64,000 nucleotides of DNA from a virus, in IMG/VR virus record IMGVR_UViG_3300045988_047070, one strand, 5' to 3'. A program made the translations under genes and the position numbers. Shown here piece by piece: positions 25,608 to 35,068 of the stretch; within the stretch, counting starts at the first letter, position 1; every line of letters begins with the position of its first letter. The notes under the pieces were generated by a model that ran no database searches, had not been told where the DNA came from, and was given only the letters and a program-made list of their open reading frames with translations.

Positions 25608-26909
25608 ATGGTAAAAGATTATAATGAACTGAAAGATATTGCTAAGAAGTTAATGTTAGAGAATAATTATGGCATTAAGGAAGAAGAACTCATCTATGTT
25701 ACAACTACAGATATTACAGATTATTACGAAAAGATTTCTTCACGAGATAAAACTGTATTATCAGAAGTATATGGAACTGAGGAACTACCACTTATACATC
25801 ATTACATCACTCGAGCAGAGGCTAGTACTAAAAAGCTTGAAATGGATGAGGATGATTATAAAAAGAATTTAATGTCTGGAGTAAAAGCATATTATGTTGA
25901 TGATAAGGTATTTTACTATGTAGTATGCCCGTCGCCAACAGATCAAGATGAAGTTTTACGCATGTATGTGTATACTCGAGATATTTACAATTATCTGTGT
26001 GAAACCGCATTAAAAGATGAACTTGAAGTAAAGTCAAACGTACCAAAGTCAGGTATCTACCGAGCACAAGCAGTAGAAACCCGATATGGAACCTATATGC
26101 GTTATAAAGAGATTACTGATATCCAAAGTAATCCAGCTATTCATCAATGTAAAGAAGAACTTATTAAAGGTGTTGACTTCTTCTTTGACAATGTTAAAAT
26201 GTTTTCAAAGTTCAATCAGAAACCGTTACGTAAATTTTTACTATGTGGTGAACCGGGTACAGGTAAAACTTCTATTTGTTACGACGTAGCTAAAAAATAT
26301 TCTGGGGATTCTCCAGTAGTATTCGTTACAGATTTTCAATCTATGGCAATGCACATTCAAGAATGTAGCCGTATTAATCGACGTACTATTGTAGTATTTG
26401 AAGACTGTGAAGCAACGTTAAGTAGTCGTAATAATTCTGCTATTCTTAACTTCCTAGATGGTATTGACCGTCCGAATATTGAGAACGGTGCTATAGTAAT
26501 GATGACAACAAATCATCCTGAACGAATTGAAGCACGTATCTCTAAGCGTCCGGGTCGAATTGACAAGATTTTCCATATCAATGCGTTGGATGGAAAATAT
26601 GCATATGATGTATTCAACTTGTATTTCGGCGACTTTATGAAAGAAAACAAGTTCGATGCTACGACTGATACAGCTCGTGAGGCTATCGAAATTATTGCAA
26701 ATGGTATGACTGGTGCACAGATTAAAGAGTTATTTAACTCTTATGTTTGTTACATGGTCTCTGAAGGTAAAGAGTTTAATTTAACGGATATTTTCGATAC
26801 TAAGGTTAAATTATTTGAATCATTTAATCAGATAGACGAAACTAATAATTCGTTAACATCAAACTTTGAAAACGCTCAAGCAGAACTTTATAAGATTCTA
26901 CGAGCATAA
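25608..26909 (+). CDS. classical AAA+ ATPase
   Basis: Walker A GEPGTGKTS, Walker B VVFEDCE, sensor MMTTNHPE and Arg-finger region RPGRIDK. Confidence 0.85.
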   Translation: MVKDYNELKDIAKKLMLENNYGIKEEELIYVTTTDITDYYEKISSRDKTVLSEVYGTEELPLIHHYITRAEASTKKLEMDEDDYKKNLMSGVKAYYVDDKVFYYVVCPSPTDQDEVLRMYVYTRDIYNYLCETALKDELEVKSNVPKSGIYRAQAVETRYGTYMRYKEITDIQSNPAIHQCKEELIKGVDFFFDNVKMFSKFNQKPLRKFLLCGEPGTGKTSICYDVAKKYSGDSPVVFVTDFQSMAMHIQECSRINRRTIVVFEDCEATLSSRNNSAILNFLDGIDRPNIENGAIVMMTTNHPERIEARISKRPGRIDKIFHINALDGKYAYDVFNLYFGDFMKENKFDATTDTAREAIEIIANGMTGAQIKELFNSYVCYMVSEGKEFNLTDIFDTKVKLFESFNQIDETNNSLTSNFENAQAELYKILRA

Positions 26910-26994
26910 AAGCTACGGGGCATTAGGTTGCCCCATAGTTACACTGGGAGTTGATGCGAAATCGAATAGTATTAATCATTTAAAATCAATTCGT

Positions 26995-27525
26995 ATGACA
27001 ACATCAACTGAAATTATAGAAAAACGTGATAAATTATCTGCAGATATAACTCGAACTTGGAATATTATTAAAATGGAAAATGTAGTTTTCCGTGGATTTA
27101 AGCGTAATTACGATATGAAAGTACTACTAGATAGTATTTTTGATAAATGTAAAGAGCGTATTGAGATTAAGCTGCAATCTCTAGCATTAAATCTTGGATT
27201 TACTGACATTAATGATCTTCCAGAAGATTCAATCTATCCTACTATCTTCGCTGTAGGCGAGCTTAAAGAGATTAAAAAGCAATTATCTCATGTTCCTACT
27301 CTGGATCCTGAGATAATTAAGAAAGTAGGAAAGAAACGCATGAAGAAGACAGAGGTATTGACCCGAGGGTTTGTTAAGAATCTGTCTGAGGCACTTACGA
27401 TAAAGATTAATACTCTTAACAAAGAGTTATTAGATTACAATGCTGTTCATTCGCTTGAAAACATTGAACGTAAGAATGCTAAAGTAATCGATATGTCTTT
27501 TAGTAAAGCAAAAGCTGCAGCGTAA
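26995..27525 (+). CDS. hypothetical protein ending in KAAA (internal Met start)
   Basis: The tracked 5' extension overlaps the ATPase gene and a hairpin at 26913-26938. Confidence 0.5.
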   Translation: MTTSTEIIEKRDKLSADITRTWNIIKMENVVFRGFKRNYDMKVLLDSIFDKCKERIEIKLQSLALNLGFTDINDLPEDSIYPTIFAVGELKEIKKQLSHVPTLDPEIIKKVGKKRMKKTEVLTRGFVKNLSEALTIKINTLNKELLDYNAVHSLENIERKNAKVIDMSFSKAKAAA

Positions 27526-27532
27526 AGAAATT

Positions 27533-27599
27533 AGTGTAATAGTTTAATGGTAGAACGTAACATTTTTGTTAAAGTGAGAGTTCGAATCTCTCTTACACA
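27533..27599 (+). ncRNA. tRNA-shaped RNA without an anticodon loop
   Basis: AGTGTAA-TA-GTTT-AATGGTA-GAAC-G-TAACA-TTTT-TGTTA-AAGT-GAGAG-TTCGAAT-CTCTC-TTACACA. A1/A72 are mismatched and C73 follows. Confidence 0.6.
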
Positions 27600-27644
27600 C
27601 TCCGTTACAAATTAACATTGTAAATTTATCAAAAATTTAAAGAA

Positions 27645-28493
27645 ATGAAAACAACAATATCAAACAAAGAGAAGACAGCAGCTCTTAAGAAAGAAGCTGC
27701 AGAGAAAGGTTTAACTTTCAAAGAAGTAGTTAAACTACACCGTAAGGAAAATCGCAAGGAACATAGAGTAAAAATAATCTCTAACGAACAGCGCTTAGTA
27801 TTACATCGCAAACGCAAACTAGCTGGTGAGTTTGCTGTAGTAAAGAAACATGTATCAGCTGAAACACGTTTTGAGCGTATCCTTAACGAGAAGATTGAAA
27901 ATCTGAATCAGTTCCGTAAACATTCCGGAAAATCTATGTCAGATGAGCAATACGAATCTGCAAAAGCATCGCTTGAAAGCAGTTCTAAACGAGAGCAACG
28001 TTTAATAGATAAACGTATTAACAGGAAACAACGTATCGAAAATCAGAAAGCTCGACAGACTGAGGAAGTCATGAAGCAGATTAAGCACTTCCTCGAATCG
28101 GAAAGTAAGCGTAAAGCTAAGAAAGAGGAGAAACGGTCTAAGTATGCTGGCAAGAAAAAGAAAGTGCCTCCTCGTAAGTTAGAACCTAAAGAGAAGGTTG
28201 TAACATATCCTTATTACATTAGTATCAATGTATTTAAGGACAAAACGCATAAAGAACGTATAGATTTGGATCCCATAGGAATGAACATTTCTCAGGATTC
28301 ATTACATAAGTGGATGAATCACTATCACAGGATGTATAGTGATCTCTATAAGGATGACTACGTAGGAACGTTTGTATATAACAATCCGACGTTAGATCAT
28401 TGCATTCTTGAGTCAATTAACAGTAAATATTATAATATTGATGGTTACTTGACAAGCCGCATAGCTTCTCAAAGAGCAGCTGCAGCAGCATAA
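27645..28493 (+). CDS. Lys/Arg-rich hypothetical protein ending in AAAAA
   Basis: 282-aa ORF. Confidence 0.65.
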   Translation: MKTTISNKEKTAALKKEAAEKGLTFKEVVKLHRKENRKEHRVKIISNEQRLVLHRKRKLAGEFAVVKKHVSAETRFERILNEKIENLNQFRKHSGKSMSDEQYESAKASLESSSKREQRLIDKRINRKQRIENQKARQTEEVMKQIKHFLESESKRKAKKEEKRSKYAGKKKKVPPRKLEPKEKVVTYPYYISINVFKDKTHKERIDLDPIGMNISQDSLHKWMNHYHRMYSDLYKDDYVGTFVYNNPTLDHCILESINSKYYNIDGYLTSRIASQRAAAAA

Positions 28494-28496
28494 AAA

Positions 28497-28514
28497 GTGC
28501 GTCGAAAGACGCAC
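28497..28514 (+). other. GAAA-tetraloop hairpin without a U-run
   Basis: GTGCGTC-GAAA-GACGCAC. Confidence 0.5.
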
Positions 28515-28518
28515 ATAA

Positions 28519-28596
28519 GGAAGAGTAATAGCCTGATAAACTATACTAGGTACTATATCGATGCAATATAGGGCAGTTCGATTCTGCACTCTTCCA
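28519..28596 (+). ncRNA. tRNA-like element with an irregular core
   Basis: Perfect 7-bp acceptor GGAAGAG/CTCTTCC. TA-ATAG-CCTGATAAA-CTAT D arm. T arm GCAG-TTCGATT-CTGC. The central hairpin CTATAT-CGATGCA-ATATAG lacks U33 and R37. Confidence 0.4.
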
Positions 28597-28615
28597 CGAG
28601 ATTAAAACCACAACC

Positions 28616-29854
28616 ATGAAAATTAGAAACAAGACAGTATTAGTATATGATATTGAGGTATTTCAAAATATCTTTCATTGCGCTGTAAAAAATACTGAAA
28701 CTAATGAAATTCATTTATTTGAAATATCTAGTAGAAAAAATCAACTAGAAGAGTTAGTTAAGTTTTTCAAACAGTTTAATAATACAGAAGGATCATGGAA
28801 CCAATCTTATACTACAGATTATCAATTTAATACAGATATAATATTTGCAGGTTATAATAATATTCATTATGATAATCCTATAGTAAACTATATGATAGAT
28901 TACTATGAAAAGCTTATACTACATCCGTATTGGAGAATTTGTAGTTCTATTTACAATTTTAGTAAAGTTATTGTAAATAGTAAAGAAGGTGAAGAAGGGT
29001 TATGGAAAGAATGGAAATATCAACAATGGTTTGAATCATTTGATATTCTAACTATGTTATATTCTACACAGTTACGAGTAGGCTTGAAAGAGATGCAAGT
29101 AACTATGCAATATCCAAATGTACAAGAATTTGTATATGATTGGAGTAAACCATTACCAGAATCCTTATTTGATGAAATGATTCAATATAATATAAATGAT
29201 GTTGAGTCAACTTCTGAGTTATTAAACAGATGCAAGAAAGATATAGATCTTCGAATTGCTATTGAAGATGAATATGGTGTAAGAGTCCTAAGTAAAGATG
29301 GCGTAAATATTGGAATGAAAATTATCACGCAGAAATACCTAGAAAAAACAGGACAAAGTTGGTGGCAGATACGTAATTTACGTTCACCAATGAACTTAAT
29401 TCCATTGAAAGATGTTATACTACCTTTTGTTAAATATAAATCTTCTATCCTAAATAAAATGCTTGAAGAAATGAAAAAACAAGTAGTTTCTCCGGGTAGA
29501 AAAGGTTATGAATATAAATTTATATTTAACAATCTACGATATTCTGTAGGAGTAGGTGGTATTCATTCAGTAAATGATCCTGAGATTATTATACCTAAAG
29601 AAGATGAAATGCTTATAGATATAGACGTTGCTTCCCTATATCCAAGTATGCTAATACAATATAAGTTTTATCCTAAACATTTAGGACCAGAGTTCCTAGA
29701 AGTCTATTCTCAAATTAGAACAGAAAGACTAGAAGCAAAAAGAAATGGGAACAAAGTGAAAAATGAAACTTTGAAACTTGCGTTAAATGGTTTAAGTGGT
29801 AATTTACAAAACGAGCATAATTTTTGTTATAGTCCATTTGCAGTAATGCAGATT
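28616..29854 (+). CDS. polB: family-B DNA polymerase, exon 1
   Basis: ExoI VYDIEVF, ExoII NNIHYDNPIV, ExoIII YNINDVES, motif A DVASLYPS and motif B KLALNGLSGNL. The frame hits a stop 7 codons after the proposed splice site. Confidence 0.85.
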
Positions 29855-30691
29855 GAATTTGGTCTGCCTATGTAGAAATGCATAGAAAAAAATTCCCTTA
29901 ACTACTGGAACATCCTTTTACATTATACGTTTTTAGTATAAAAGGACAATCAGTAACTAAGTTATATAATTATGAAATTAGCAGATAAAACATTAGAACT
30001 AGAAAACGATAAATTCAAAATAATAGAGTTTGACAATGAGCGTTACGAGAAAAACAATAGAGCTCATTTGTATTATAAAATACAATGTAAAAAATGTGGT
30101 GAGATCTTCTCTAGAAAGAAAGATTGCATTCACAATTTTGAAAATTTAAAATGCAGAAATTGTATACACAACCGTTTCGGTAAGTGCTTAAACGCTCTAT
30201 TATACAATGTATTTACTCATTACACAAATAATGCTAAGCAAAGAAATATAGACTGGAATCTATCAGAAGAAGAATTTAAACATTTAATTACGCAACCTTG
30301 TATATATTGCGGTGAAATACCTAATGTAACAAAAACATCAACATATAAGAATAAATCAGAAAAGATAACAGGTATAGATAGAATAGATCCTTCTAAAGGA
30401 TATTCTATGAATAACTGCGTTCCTTGTTGTAAAATGTGTAATATAATGAAAAACAAATTTTCTGAAGAAGAATTTATAGATAAAGTTAAGTCTATATATA
30501 ATAATTATATAAAAAGTTCAACGACTATCTCGAAAGAGAGTACACTACAAGCCAATGGTAGTGGAAACGGGGAACTTCTGACTGCCGCTTAAGGTAAAAG
30601 AAGAAGATATAGTCTAATCTATATGGTAACATATAGCAGTTCATAAGAGAACGTATATAAGAGTTGCGTCTTATATAGAAGATAATGTAGG
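29855..30691 (+). mobile_element. group I intron carrying an HNH homing-endonuclease ORF
   Basis: P1: exon GCAGATT (29848-29854) pairs with intron GGTCTGC (29861-29867), with a U.G pair at the splice site. The intron ends in G (30691). The joined exons read AVMQI|INGQ. Confidence 0.7.
29972..30592 (+). CDS. HNH-family homing endonuclease (intron-encoded)
   Basis: CIYCGE...GIDRIDPSKGYSMNNCVPCCKMCNIMK. Confidence 0.75.
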   Translation: MKLADKTLELENDKFKIIEFDNERYEKNNRAHLYYKIQCKKCGEIFSRKKDCIHNFENLKCRNCIHNRFGKCLNALLYNVFTHYTNNAKQRNIDWNLSEEEFKHLITQPCIYCGEIPNVTKTSTYKNKSEKITGIDRIDPSKGYSMNNCVPCCKMCNIMKNKFSEEEFIDKVKSIYNNYIKSSTTISKESTLQANGSGNGELLTAA

Positions 30692-31399
30692 ATTAATGGA
30701 CAGTTGCTATTACTGATGTTAGCAGAATCTCTATCCGAGTTAGGATGTAGAATAGTACAAGCAAACACAGATGGTTTATTCGTTCTTTTAAAGAAAGATA
30801 AATATCAACAGATGAAACAAGCATGTACTGAATGGGAACAACTAACTAAACTCGAACTAGAAGAAGAACGTTTTGAAGCTATGTATCAATTTGCAATTAA
30901 TGATTATATTGCAATTAAAGAAGGGTACAAAGAAACTAAAGATAGTAAACTTATTAAGAAAAAAGGTATGTTTATTACTGATGTCTTACTCGGGAAAGGT
31001 CTTAGTCCTAAGATTATACCAGAAGCAGTCATTAAGTATTTTGCAGATGGAATTCCAGTGAAAGATACTATAATGAATTGTAAAGACATTCGTAAGTTTC
31101 TACAAGCAGAAAAAACAGGTAAACAATGGACTGTAGAATATAATGGAGAAGTACAGCAGAGAGTTAACAGATTCTATGTTAGTACTGATGGTTTATATCT
31201 TTGGAAATGGAAATCTGAGAATGGTATTAAAGAATATCAGAGTATGTTGAAAGGGTATGGTGTAACTATACACAATAAATTTACTCCAGATAAATCTATT
31301 GAAGATTATAATATTAACTATCACTATTATATCCTACAAGCTACAAAGATTATTAATCAGTTAAAGCCACAACAGTTAAGTCTATGGGACTTTTCATAA
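30692..31399 (+). CDS. polB: family-B DNA polymerase, exon 2
   Basis: INGQLLLLMLAE...VQANTDGLFV (motif C). The frame is open from 30686 with no ATG at its 5' end. Confidence 0.8.
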   Translation: MNGQLLLLMLAESLSELGCRIVQANTDGLFVLLKKDKYQQMKQACTEWEQLTKLELEEERFEAMYQFAINDYIAIKEGYKETKDSKLIKKKGMFITDVLLGKGLSPKIIPEAVIKYFADGIPVKDTIMNCKDIRKFLQAEKTGKQWTVEYNGEVQQRVNRFYVSTDGLYLWKWKSENGIKEYQSMLKGYGVTIHNKFTPDKSIEDYNINYHYYILQATKIINQLKPQQLSLWDFS

Positions 31400-31457
31400 A
31401 ATATCACAGATTATCATACTCTAAGACATAGACTTCTTTTAACGAAAGGAGAAGTGT

Positions 31458-32027
31458 ATGATATTAGAACTAGATACAGAACTGCTCAGTAAAATTGAGC
31501 ATTTGACTATTAATCAGCTAGTATTTTTAAATCTTGTATTAGGCAATAATCAAGCTAATATCAAAGATGTCCTGTCACTTATCAGTCTGGTGAACGAGAC
31601 AGAAATACAAGATTTAATTGATCAAGGCTACATAGAAAAAAAGGTTTCAGACAAAGCAGTAGTTTATCTTCCGACTGAAACTCTAACATCGCTTATCGAA
31701 AGAAAAGTTACGATGTTTGATGAATTCTATGAAGCATATCCACAGGTTGTCATTAGACCGGACGGTACAAAGAGCTTCTTACGAGCCAATAAAAACAATT
31801 GTAGAAAGCGTTATAACGCTATCGTAGGCAAGAGTAGAGCAGCTCACGAACATTTGATGGAGTGTTTAAAATTCCAGCAGAATGAATTAACAATGACCGG
31901 TCGTATGGGTTATATGAAAACAATGTGGAAATGGCTTACCCAATGTGAATGGGAAGCACTTGACGAGCAAATGAAATGTAGTGTTGAACAAAATGAACAA
32001 ACATCTTATGGAACAACACTTATATAA
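31458..32027 (+). CDS. hypothetical replication-module protein
   Basis: 189-aa ORF between the polymerase and helicase genes. Confidence 0.6.
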   Translation: MILELDTELLSKIEHLTINQLVFLNLVLGNNQANIKDVLSLISLVNETEIQDLIDQGYIEKKVSDKAVVYLPTETLTSLIERKVTMFDEFYEAYPQVVIRPDGTKSFLRANKNNCRKRYNAIVGKSRAAHEHLMECLKFQQNELTMTGRMGYMKTMWKWLTQCEWEALDEQMKCSVEQNEQTSYGTTLI

Positions 32028-32964
32028 ACCATTACCATTCAAACATATATCTGAAGTAACAGAAGAAGCTTTAGAGTATATTGACATGCGTAGAAAACAT
32101 GAAATTGAACCACTTAGAACAAGGTGGAAGAAATTCAATAGATTGTGTAATGGTGGCATAGAACAAGGTTGCATCTATACAATAGTAGGTGCCTCTGGAT
32201 CAGGTAAGTCCTCATTTGCAAATATGTTAGAAACTGATTTAATTAGTCTAAATCCTAATAAGAATGTTATAGTATTATCTTTTTCATTTGAAATGTTATC
32301 AAGTAGACAAGTAGGTCGAAAAATAAGCAGTTCAATGCGAAAGACTACTGCAGAATTATATAGTTCTGAATTTGATCTTCGTGATGAAGAATTTCAGAAG
32401 ATACAGGAAGAAGCACAACAAATTGCTAAATTTCCTATCTACTATGTAGATTCTGCAGCTACAGTTGATCAGATTAAGGATACGATACAGTATTTTCAAG
32501 ACACTCTTGCTAAAGATAAATGGCTAGTAGTAATGCTAGATCATACACTGCTAGTAAGAGGTAGAAGTGATGAAAGTGCTTTAAATATTATTAGAGATTT
32601 ACAGAACTGTTTTATAAATGCAAAAAAAGTAGGTTGCACAAGTATAATTCAGCTCTCACAAATGAACAGGAATATTGAATCTCCTGATCGAATTAATAAC
32701 CCAACATGTCATTATCCAATGCGTAGTGACATTTCTTCCGCTGATGCTATCTTTCAAGGAAGTGATGTTGTACTTGTAATCGCCCGTCCAGAAACGTTAG
32801 GCTTTGCAGTGTACGGACCTCATCGACTCCCAGTACAAAACAAGATATATCTCCATATTCTAAAGAATAGGGAAGGACAATTAGCAATTCTTGATTTCGA
32901 AAATGATCTAGCACACAACAATATTATCGAAATTGAAAGAGGCATGGAACTAAACCCTACTTAG
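31993..32964 (+). CDS. DnaB-like replicative helicase (RecA-fold domain)
   Basis: Walker A GASGSGKSS, Walker B VVMLDH and QLSQMNRN. Confidence 0.75.
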   Translation: MNKHLMEQHLYKPLPFKHISEVTEEALEYIDMRRKHEIEPLRTRWKKFNRLCNGGIEQGCIYTIVGASGSGKSSFANMLETDLISLNPNKNVIVLSFSFEMLSSRQVGRKISSSMRKTTAELYSSEFDLRDEEFQKIQEEAQQIAKFPIYYVDSAATVDQIKDTIQYFQDTLAKDKWLVVMLDHTLLVRGRSDESALNIIRDLQNCFINAKKVGCTSIIQLSQMNRNIESPDRINNPTCHYPMRSDISSADAIFQGSDVVLVIARPETLGFAVYGPHRLPVQNKIYLHILKNREGQLAILDFENDLAHNNIIEIERGMELNPT

Positions 32965-32987
32965 TTCACAATTAAAAAAAGACTGAT

Positions 32988-33497
32988 ATGAAAGATTATA
33001 TATTCTCTTTTGGTAAATCCAACAACAATTCTTCTTACTTTGGAACAACAACAGGTAATAATTCTGTAAGTAGTTATACACAAAGCTTGTTTAATAAAGC
33101 AATGGGTTTAACTCCGTATTATCAGACTCCGTGTCGGAGTTCATATGATAGTTCGACTCCTTTTTATCTTCTTCCTTTTGCTGTAGAGAAGAAAAAGAGT
33201 CCGTTGTTCGATAGTAACTATCGCTATAAGAAGATTCAGCGTGATCTTGACGTATATGAAGCTTGGAAGAACGCTGTAAATCGAATGAATGCATATCGTA
33301 ATTATTATGGTAATGATAGTTATGAAGCATTGATTAACGGTATTCCGGCTAATTTCTTTAGCGATTTTGTACAGATTGGAGATACTGTTATTCCGTTTAA
33401 TGCAAACCGTAGCTTTTTTAACAGTTTGACTTCGGAGAGAAAAACAACAATTCTTAGTGTATCTATTACTATTATCGAAATTTTTGTGATCGAGTAA
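32988..33497 (+). CDS. hypothetical protein
   Basis: 169-aa ORF. Confidence 0.5.
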   Translation: MKDYIFSFGKSNNNSSYFGTTTGNNSVSSYTQSLFNKAMGLTPYYQTPCRSSYDSSTPFYLLPFAVEKKKSPLFDSNYRYKKIQRDLDVYEAWKNAVNRMNAYRNYYGNDSYEALINGIPANFFSDFVQIGDTVIPFNANRSFFNSLTSERKTTILSVSITIIEIFVIE

Positions 33498-33586
33498 TTT
33501 TTAAAAACAACATATACTTACTATTTTCAGTATTTACAAATCTTATCATATCGTATCAAATCACAGTAAGTTAATATCTATTCATT

Positions 33587-34330
33587 ATGATAGTATTACC
33601 TACTGAAAAAGTTAAAGCCAAAGTAAAGAATCCAAGATTCTTAATATTGTTTGGTAAACCAAAATCGGGCAAAACTACTATAGCAAGTCAATTAGATTCA
33701 AATTTGATTATTGACTTAGAGGGAGGAGCTGAGTTCTTAGATTCTCTCTGTGTTCAAGCTAGAAACGTAAATGACTTAGGCGAAATTGCTGCGGCTATTC
33801 GTCAAAAGAATAAAGAATGTAATGGCTTCTTCTATAAGCATATAACTATTGATAATGCAACAAGATTAGAAGAAATAACGTTAAGTTATGCTCTAACTCT
33901 TTATCAACAGACTCCAATGGGTAAATCCTATAGAGGAGATGTTCGAATGTTGCCTAATGGCGCTGGATGGTTTTATATCAGACAGGCTGTTAGAAAAGTT
34001 ATTGATATGTTTAGAGAGTTGTGTGAAGAATTTATTTTAGTAGGTCATACTAAAGATAAATTAGTCAATAAGGATGGTGAAGAACTATCTGAAATGCAGC
34101 TTGACCTTGCTGGAAGACTTAGTGATATTATCTGTGGAGAAGCAGATGCTATAGGCTATGTCTATAGAAAGAAAAACCAGACATTAATTTCGTTTCAGGG
34201 CGGAGAAAACAATATAGTAGAAGCGAGAGCGCCTCATCTTAGAGGCCAGAAAATTGTTATTGCTGAAAGTGATAACGAAGGTAAGTTAGTTACCTATTGG
34301 GATAGAATTTATTTGCCTAATAATGATTAA
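33587..34330 (+). CDS. RecA-fold P-loop ATPase (Sak4-like phage NTP-binding protein)
   Basis: Walker A GKPKSGKTT and FILVGHTKD. Confidence 0.65.
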   Translation: MIVLPTEKVKAKVKNPRFLILFGKPKSGKTTIASQLDSNLIIDLEGGAEFLDSLCVQARNVNDLGEIAAAIRQKNKECNGFFYKHITIDNATRLEEITLSYALTLYQQTPMGKSYRGDVRMLPNGAGWFYIRQAVRKVIDMFRELCEEFILVGHTKDKLVNKDGEELSEMQLDLAGRLSDIICGEADAIGYVYRKKNQTLISFQGGENNIVEARAPHLRGQKIVIAESDNEGKLVTYWDRIYLPNND

Positions 34331-34341
34331 AATATACGTAT

Positions 34342-34977
34342 ATGTACAGTTCTAGCAGAGCAAAAAAGATTGTAAAAAACGATGTAGCATTTTTAAGTGC
34401 AGGTATTCATGATAATGTCCATTTAATTGGAGTTAGATATGAGACCTCAATTCAAGATAACAGTTTTATCGAATTTAAGTTCGAAAAAGAAGGTAGGATT
34501 ATGACTCACACTGAGTGGGAACCGAGAAAGAAAACAAGTTTCGGTGAGCTTACTCAGGATGAGTTTGAGTTAAAGTGTGATAAGCAATTTTCTCGTGTAA
34601 AGCAGATTTTAGAGTGTTTTTATGACGAGGATAAGTTGCAATTTGAAGGTGAAAGCTTCAAAGAGTATGCTAAATGGGTAGTAGGACTTTTGTCTGCAGA
34701 TAATATTAAGGATAAAGCCTTAAGAGTAAAAGTTGTCTATAATGATAAAGGTTATACTACACTTCCGAAGTATGCGAAATACACGTTTATCGAGCCTATG
34801 TCTACAGTAGATGCTGGTGAATCAATGATTACTAAGTTAGGAATTGATTTATTTGAAAAGCCTATTGTAGCTGATGTCGAGAAACAAAATGCTAATCCAT
34901 TCCAAGTAGTAAATGGTACATTAGAAAGTGTTGATGTTACAACAAGTAACAATAGTGAGGATGATTTGCCTTTCTAA
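34342..34977 (+). CDS. ssb: single-stranded DNA-binding protein
   Basis: The acidic C-terminal tip SEDDLPF mimics the bacterial SSB DDDIPF tip. Sits next to the RecA-fold ATPase. Confidence 0.55.
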   Translation: MYSSSRAKKIVKNDVAFLSAGIHDNVHLIGVRYETSIQDNSFIEFKFEKEGRIMTHTEWEPRKKTSFGELTQDEFELKCDKQFSRVKQILECFYDEDKLQFEGESFKEYAKWVVGLLSADNIKDKALRVKVVYNDKGYTTLPKYAKYTFIEPMSTVDAGESMITKLGIDLFEKPIVADVEKQNANPFQVVNGTLESVDVTTSNNSEDDLPF

Positions 34978-35012
34978 AAAAGGTAGAACATTATATAACC
35001 AATTAAATTGGG

Positions 35013-35044
35013 GGGGGGGTAACAAAAGTTACTCTCCCTTTTTT
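35013..35044 (+). terminator. intrinsic terminator built on a G10 homopolymer
   Basis: GGGGGGGTAAC-AAAA-GTTACTCTCCC (11 bp, including 2 G.U pairs) followed by TTTTTT. Confidence 0.7.
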
Positions 35045-35068
35045 ATTAACCTCAAAAAGTAGTTTATT

